Positions 58,327 to 64,000 of a DNA stretch of 64,000 nucleotides are shown one piece after another. The position numbers and the translations under genes are program-made. The stretch lies in the NCBI GenBank assembly GCA_052327205.1, contig CM126210.1, positions 15,190,001 to 15,254,000 of the forward strand, written 5' to 3'. This stretch comes from Somniosus microcephalus (taxonomy: Eukaryota). The notes below the pieces were generated by a model. That model was not told the DNA's origin, made no database searches, and saw only the letters and a list, made by a program, of their open reading frames with translations. Every line of letters starts with the position of its first letter. Position 1 is the stretch's first letter.

Positions 58327-59258
58327 ATACTAAAAATGTATACTATGGTGCAGTAAAGTGGGAGCAGATGTATCACTGCACATTTGCAAATTTAAATAGG
58401 CCAATCTACTGTTCGTCAGATAAAAATGAAGGGGGTTACCAGCCCATGCGAAATAGAACCCAGTAAGCAGAAAACCTACCCAAAAATTAAATGCTAGTGG
58501 GATTGGGAGCTTCTTTTGAGAAGCCAGGGCATTGCTGGGTTTTTGAGCTCCAGTGATGGCCTTTCTTTGAACTGAGAGTCTCATTGCCTGCATTTCCTCT
58601 TCAAATCTCATATGCATTATTGTTAAAATTGTTAAAATGCAATTCAGCTTCATTTTCAACCAATTATAGGAGACACTGATGACCCTGTCCTGTCATTAGC
58701 TTCTTTTATGCTGTACTAGCAACTCCTTATTCCCAATGGTAGGTTTAGAATATCAATGCAGTGTATATTGCTGCAGTCGCCTCAGAAAATAACTCTTTGC
58801 AAATTATTGTACCTTTGCTGTACGGTCACCGTTTTTCCAGTCCTGGATGTTTGAACGATATTATTTGAATAATTCCATTGTAATGCTCTACATTTGCCAT
58901 TTTACTTTACGTGTTCTTCAATTTGTTGTTTTTTCATCTTGTTTTTATGAAATATACTTTTAATTTATGTGAAGCTAAATCATTCAAAAAGAAATCGCAG
59001 GCGTTTAATATAAGCAATTCATTAGGGATTATGGAATGCTGAAATATTGTGCATTTTTCATGAACAGATCTGTGTCTCGCTTTCATAACATTCTAATAGA
59101 TGTAGTCAAATTACTATGAATTATTAAAATTTTTATCTGTTCTGTGGGATACTGCAAAGTTGGCTTTGCTTTTGATAATGCAATCTGTTATAGTGCTTTG
59201 CAGTCTACTTTGCTCGCAATACTTCGCCGTGTGCATCTGCCTTAAATTTAAAATGCTG

Positions 59259-59930
59259 TGGGGTAATTCTGACGTTGAGCGATAGCGATCGGATCAGCCA
59301 CCCATTATAAAACTCTCCTGGCCTGATTTTAACAAGGTAAGTGGTGAATTAAGTAAAATTAAAACATTTTTTCCATAGGTTTATTATTTTTAAATACTTT
59401 AAAGAAAGGTAAGTTTATTTTTAGCCCTGTTAAAAACTATAATTAATTTTTTCAAAAATTTAAATTATTGTTTAAAATAGTTACTTTATGTAATTTATAG
59501 TTATTTTAAAAATGCGATTAAAAAAAAAAAATTATTTAATGTTTTAGTTAGGTTTTGGGGCCGATCTCTATTCATAGATTTGACAGCTCTTCCTGTCAAA
59601 TTTATGAATGGAGATTCCTTGCTACCATTAGCTCTCCATGGCCCACGTGATCCCAGGGGGCGCTTCGAACTAACTGCGCCCCTGGGATACACAGGCACTG
59701 CGTGCCGGCAGTTGGAGGAGGCCCAGGATTGGAATCCCAAGTGGGCCCACAGCACAACGGCTGGCGCGCTAGGTAAGTGAAGGTCGGGGGCTTGCACCCG
59801 CGGGAAGCCTCCGACCTGAATTTCTGGCCCATTGTCTTCAATAGAAATGACAATCGGGAGAGACGTATTACGGGTGGCTGATCATATATCGCCCGTTTTG
59901 CACTGTCGCCCAAAGTCAAAAATTGCCCCC
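59259..59930. mobile_element. Short palindromic MITE containing a partial copy (~59330-59830) of the 38844-type MITE
   Basis: Outer ends GGGGTAATTCTGAC...GATCAGCCACCC / GGGTGGCTGATC...GTCAAAAATTGCCCC. The inner part aligns to 39100-39609. Confidence 0.65.
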
Positions 59931-60214
59931 CATATGCTTCTTTTAACTCATGGTCAATGGATGCAGTGACTTATCTGAATTTGCTGAAAGATTGCAATGG
60001 TCAAGCCTTTCAAAGTCAGGTCACAAATGTAGAAACAACCAAGGCAAACTATAACCAGTACAACGAATGGTTACTTGTATGACCTGCTGTGTAGATATTT
60101 AACAATTAACATTAATTATCCTTAGGTAATTGAAGACAATATCATGCCTACAGTTAAAAAAAAGGTACAGAGCTTCACATTTTAACAATAAAAAACAATA
60201 CAATGAAGGCCCAT

Positions 60215-60750
60215 TAATATCTCTGTCCTCGGCCTCTTGCATGGTTCCATGGAAGCTCAACGTAAGCTCGAGGAACAGCACCTCATCTTTCAATTAGGCA
60301 CTTTACAGCCTTCTGGACAGAGTTCAACAATTTCCGATCATAACCTCAGCCCCTATCATATATATATTTTTATCCACACTTTTTGTTTGTACCTTTTTTT
60401 CTTCTCTCCCACATGGCAGCTGTCTTTCATTCTGCCAGCGCAATTCACACTTCATCTAGAGCCATCCTTTGTTTCTTAACCTGTCCCATTACCATCTCCG
60501 CTCGCCTTGAATATCTCTTAATGTCTCTTTAATTCTCCTGCCTTCTACCCCATCACAGACCTTCCCTTTTGTTCTTTCATCCCCTCCCCCCTTTCCCAGC
60601 CCCTAAACTTGCTTTAAAATATGTTCCATTGCCTGCTTTTTTCCAGTTCTGATGAAAGGTCATCGACCTGAAACGTTAACTCTGTTTCTCTCTTCACAGA
60701 TGCTGCCTGACCTGCTGAGTATCTCCAGCATTTTCTGTTTTTATTTCATT
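60215..60750 (+). mobile_element. Penelope-like element 3' end (GIY-YIG C-terminus plus hammerhead)
   Basis: EAQRKLEEQHLIFQLGTLQPSG, followed by a pyrimidine-rich UTR and a hammerhead core. Confidence 0.75.
60645..60681 (+). ncRNA. Minimal type I hammerhead ribozyme motif
   Basis: AGTT-CTGATGA-A-AGGTC atc GACCT-GAAAC-GTT-AACT: stem I AGTT/AACT and stem II AGGTC/GACCT. Confidence 0.7.
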
Positions 60751-60889
60751 AATATCTCAGGCATTTTTTTAGCTATTGTTGACAGGGAAAAGGGGTTACC
60801 CTGGAAAGTCTCGTCTTGGGGCTGTGGTGGAGAAGAATAAATATTAATAGATTGACAGGGATAGCAAAACCCATGTTGATTGGCCACGT

Positions 60890-61125
60890 TCTCCTCCAAG
60901 TCACACACCATCCTGACATGGAAGTATATCGGCCGTTCCTCCATCGTCGCTGGGTCAAAATCCTGGAACTCCCTCCCTAACAGCACTGTGGGAGCACCTT
61001 CACCACACGGACTGCAGCGGTTCAAGGAGGCGGCTCACCACCACCTTCTCGAGGGCAATTAGGAATGGGCAATAAATGCTGGCCTTGCCAGCGACGTCCA
61101 CATCCCATAAACAAATTTAAAAAAA
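60890..61125 (+). mobile_element. Family A LINE 3' end
   Basis: CATCGTCGCTGGGTCAAAATCCTGGAACTCC...GGGCAATAAATGCTGGCCTTGCC followed by poly-A. Confidence 0.8.
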
Positions 61126-61239
61126 ACAACCAATGGCCAGGGTGAGCAGGCATCACAGTTTAGATCTGCATCAAGTTGCTACTGGTGCCTTAGGTTGGAT
61201 TACAGTTTTGGCAACAAAGCATTAAAGAGACACTCACAT

Positions 61240-61545
61240 GTTCTCCAGCCACTTACAGGAAATCCAGCTTGTGCTGGCTCTTTGAAAGAGTTATTCAATT
61301 AGTCCCATTCCCCCTGTTCTTTCCCCACAGCCCTGCAATTATTTTTTTCCTTCTCAAGTAAATATCCAATTCCCTTTTGAAAGTCACTATTGAATCTGCT
61401 TCCTCCACCCTTTCAGGCAGTGCATTCTAGATCACAACAACTCACTGAGTAAAAAAATGTCTCCTCCTCTCCCCCTCTGGTTCTTTTGCCAATTATCTTA
61501 AATCTATGTCCTCTGGTTACCGACCCTCCTTGCCAGTAGAAACAG
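61240..61545 (-). mobile_element. CR1 3' fragment
   Basis: Similar to 62800-63350 (GAAAGTCACTATTGAATCTGCTTCC...TCTGGTTCTTTTGCCAATTA). Confidence 0.7.
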
Positions 61546-62213
61546 TGAAATGGCAAAGATTATAATGTGAAGCAAACCTGCTGCACACTCCTTCATATTG
61601 TCCCACACATTCATGGTTCAAAAGGTCTGTCATCAATCATTTTTTTTGATATGTGAATCAGAAGCTCCAGTTGACAAATTTCAGATCTCATCACCTGTCA
61701 CCGAGTGCTGCTGGCAAGCTTTTTGCAAATGTTCTTCAAACCATGATGTGGAGCATCAACAAAGTAGACTGCCGGTATCTAATGATGGCAAAGGGAAGAG
61801 CACATCAGAAATTCCACACGTGAGTTAGTGACTTGAACACTTGAATCTTCAGATGAATCGCCTCCTTTAAATAGACAGAACCAAGCAAAAAATCTTAGCT
61901 GAGCCTAACAAGAAGTGAATTATTTTTCTAACAGTCCACTGTCAGAATGTAGTGAAATCATGGACTAAAAATAACCCTGGGATAAAATAGAACAATATAG
62001 CATTGAATGGTAAATTATTGACATTCTTTAAGTTGTGCGAGGACATATAATAACTCAAACTTATCTATGTCCCTCATGTGCTATGGATCTTTGCCACACA
62101 TGAAATTATTTTTACAATACACCAACACTGATGCAGCATCCTATAGTTAATAAACGCGGGCAGGAGTTTAGCATTTCATAGACCTGGAAAATAATAACTA
62201 CCGTACAACATAA

Positions 62214-62733
62214 AGGGGGAAGAATTGAGTCGTGCCACGCACGTCGGCATGTCGTGCCACGGTACTGCAGGTCTCCCTCCCCCGATTAAAGGGGAGGGGC
62301 CTAGCGCAGCGCGCACCGGGGCCCTGCTGGACCACCGGGGAGCTGGGTACCGGCAAAAGAGCCCGGCGCTCAAGAGGAGTGCTGGGCTGACCGATCGCTG
62401 CCGGCACCCCGCAGGAGGAGGCCAGAAGGGGCAGGTGCTGGCAGGCGGCTCCAAAAAAAAAGGCCGCCTGGCACCTGCCCTTTAATTAGCACCGCCCCGG
62501 CCGCAAACACGGCACCCTGACCCTGTCGGACATAGCGTCCGGCGGTAGGACAGGGGGCGTGAGCCAAGTTTGCGGCCAGGGCGCGGGCAGAGCGCGGCGC
62601 ACGGTGATGACGTCATCGCCAGAGTGCTACCGCCGCCGCTGAATTTCGGGGGAGGCGTTAGCGGTGCCACGTCCGGGTGCTAGGTGCCTTGCGCCCCATT
62701 CAACTGGAGGTACAAAGCAACCCAATTTTTCCT
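62214..62733. mobile_element. GC-rich Harbinger-type MITE
   Basis: GGGGGAAGAATTGAG / CCCAATTTTTCCTT ends. Reverse-complement homology to the 32335 copy. Confidence 0.75.
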
Positions 62734-62797
62734 TCAGAGACATTAATTAACTGCAGTTAATTCTTACTTATCCATCCGCACCATAGCACTATATCAT

Positions 62798-63352
62798 CAT
62801 AGAATCAAAGAATGATACAGCAGAGAAAGAGGCCATTCGGTCCATCATGCCTGTACCAGCTCTTTTTTCCTTTTCAAGTATTTATCCAGTTCCCTTTTGA
62901 AAGTTACTATTGAATCTGCTTCCACCTCCCTTTCAGGCAGCGCATTCCAGATCTTAACAACTCGCTGCGTAAAAAAAATCCTCCTCATCTCACCTCTGGT
63001 TCTTTTGCCAATTACCTTAAATCTGTGTCCTCTGGTTATTGACCCTCTTGCCACTGGAAACAGTTTCTCCTTATTTACTCCATCAAAACCTTGCATGACT
63101 TTTGAACACCTCTATTAAATCTCCCCTTAACGTTCTCTGCTCTAAGGAGAACAATCCCAGCTTCTCCAGTCTCTCCACATAACTGAAGTCCCGCATCACT
63201 GGCACCATTCTGGTAAATCTCCCCTGCACCCTCTCTAAGGCCTTGACATCCTTCCTACGGTGTGGTGCCCAGAATTGAACACAATACTCCAGCTGGGGCC
63301 TAACCAGTGATTGATAAAGATTTAGCAGAACTTCCTTGCTTCTGTACTCTAT
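62798..63352 (-). mobile_element. CR1 3' fragment
   Basis: [16 protein letters not shown]...RGDLIEVFK and RRIFFTQRVVKIWNALP. Confidence 0.85.
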
Positions 63353-64000
63353 GGGCTGGATTTTGGTAATGGGAAGCTTTTGGAGCTGGGACTGCTGCTT
63401 GCCAGCTTTCAATCCCGCCTCCATCAGCTTCTGGCCAACCAGCGGGATTTTCCCCTGATTGACCTTGTTAAGCCCACCCAGCGGGCTCAGCAGGCCAATT
63501 AGGGGGAAGTCACTGACAGAGCACGTCAACGTCTGACGTGCCATCTGTCAAGATTTCTTGAAAGAAGAAATGTCGGCGTTTGACAGCTCTGTGTAGTTTG
63601 AGTTTGATGAGTCCTTCAGGACTCAGCAAACCTTTCAACTTTGCAGAAATCAACTGGCTGTTGGTTCGGAGGAGCCAACAGCCAGTCTGTGAAATCTACA
63701 ATAAAGATGTCGGGGCTCCGGATACACAGCAGCTGAAGGCTGTAGGCAGAAACAAAGGTAAGTGAACATTTTATAGCACTTATCACTCACCTTACATACT
63801 TACCACTCCACACTTGCACCCATCACTCACCTCTACATTGCACTTTCAGACCCCTCCAACCCCCGCAGACCTCCTTCTCGTCTCCTGCACCCTGGCGGGG
63901 TTCTCCGAATTCGGGAAGCCTCCACTTCGGAGCTAAAAAATAGGGATAATCCTATCTTCTGCCTGTTAACAGGCAGCTAATGGGATTTAATCCCTTTCCT
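63353..64000. mobile_element. MITE homologous to 9941-10786, inserted in CR1; runs off the window edge
   Basis: Starts GGGCTGGATTTTGGTAATGG and is colinear with the 9941 copy. Confidence 0.75.

Overview
Eukaryotic, repeat-dense genomic DNA. The repeat inventory suggests a cartilaginous fish such as a shark (inference): CR1 with an SGNH-esterase ORF1, L2, RTE, Deu-domain tRNA SINEs, Penelope-like ends with hammerhead motifs, Harbinger elements and MITEs, and LTR elements. I found no convincing host exons, RNA genes or CRISPR arrays, so the window looks intronic or intergenic. The standout is a young ~5.0-kb Gypsy-type LTR element (47485-52484, minus strand). It has two 255-bp LTRs differing at 2 positions, a 5-bp TSD, a tRNA-Ser-type PBS and a PPT. 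Its single intact 960-aa ORF encodes Gag, two zinc knuckles and a protease but no RT, RNase H or integrase. In their place it continues in frame into what look like captured host-gene pieces: an ANKRD24/RAI14-family coiled coil whose segments appear out of order at a CAG|G junction (possible back-splice/circRNA origin), then a DNAJC21-like C2H2 zinc finger with a basic tail. These host-protein assignments come from remembered sequences and need database confirmation. Also present are five solo LTRs with TSDs, a full-length CR1 with 90-bp 5' monomers, nested insertions and minimal hammerhead ribozymes. Boundaries are exact where TSDs or TIRs are quoted and approximate elsewhere.
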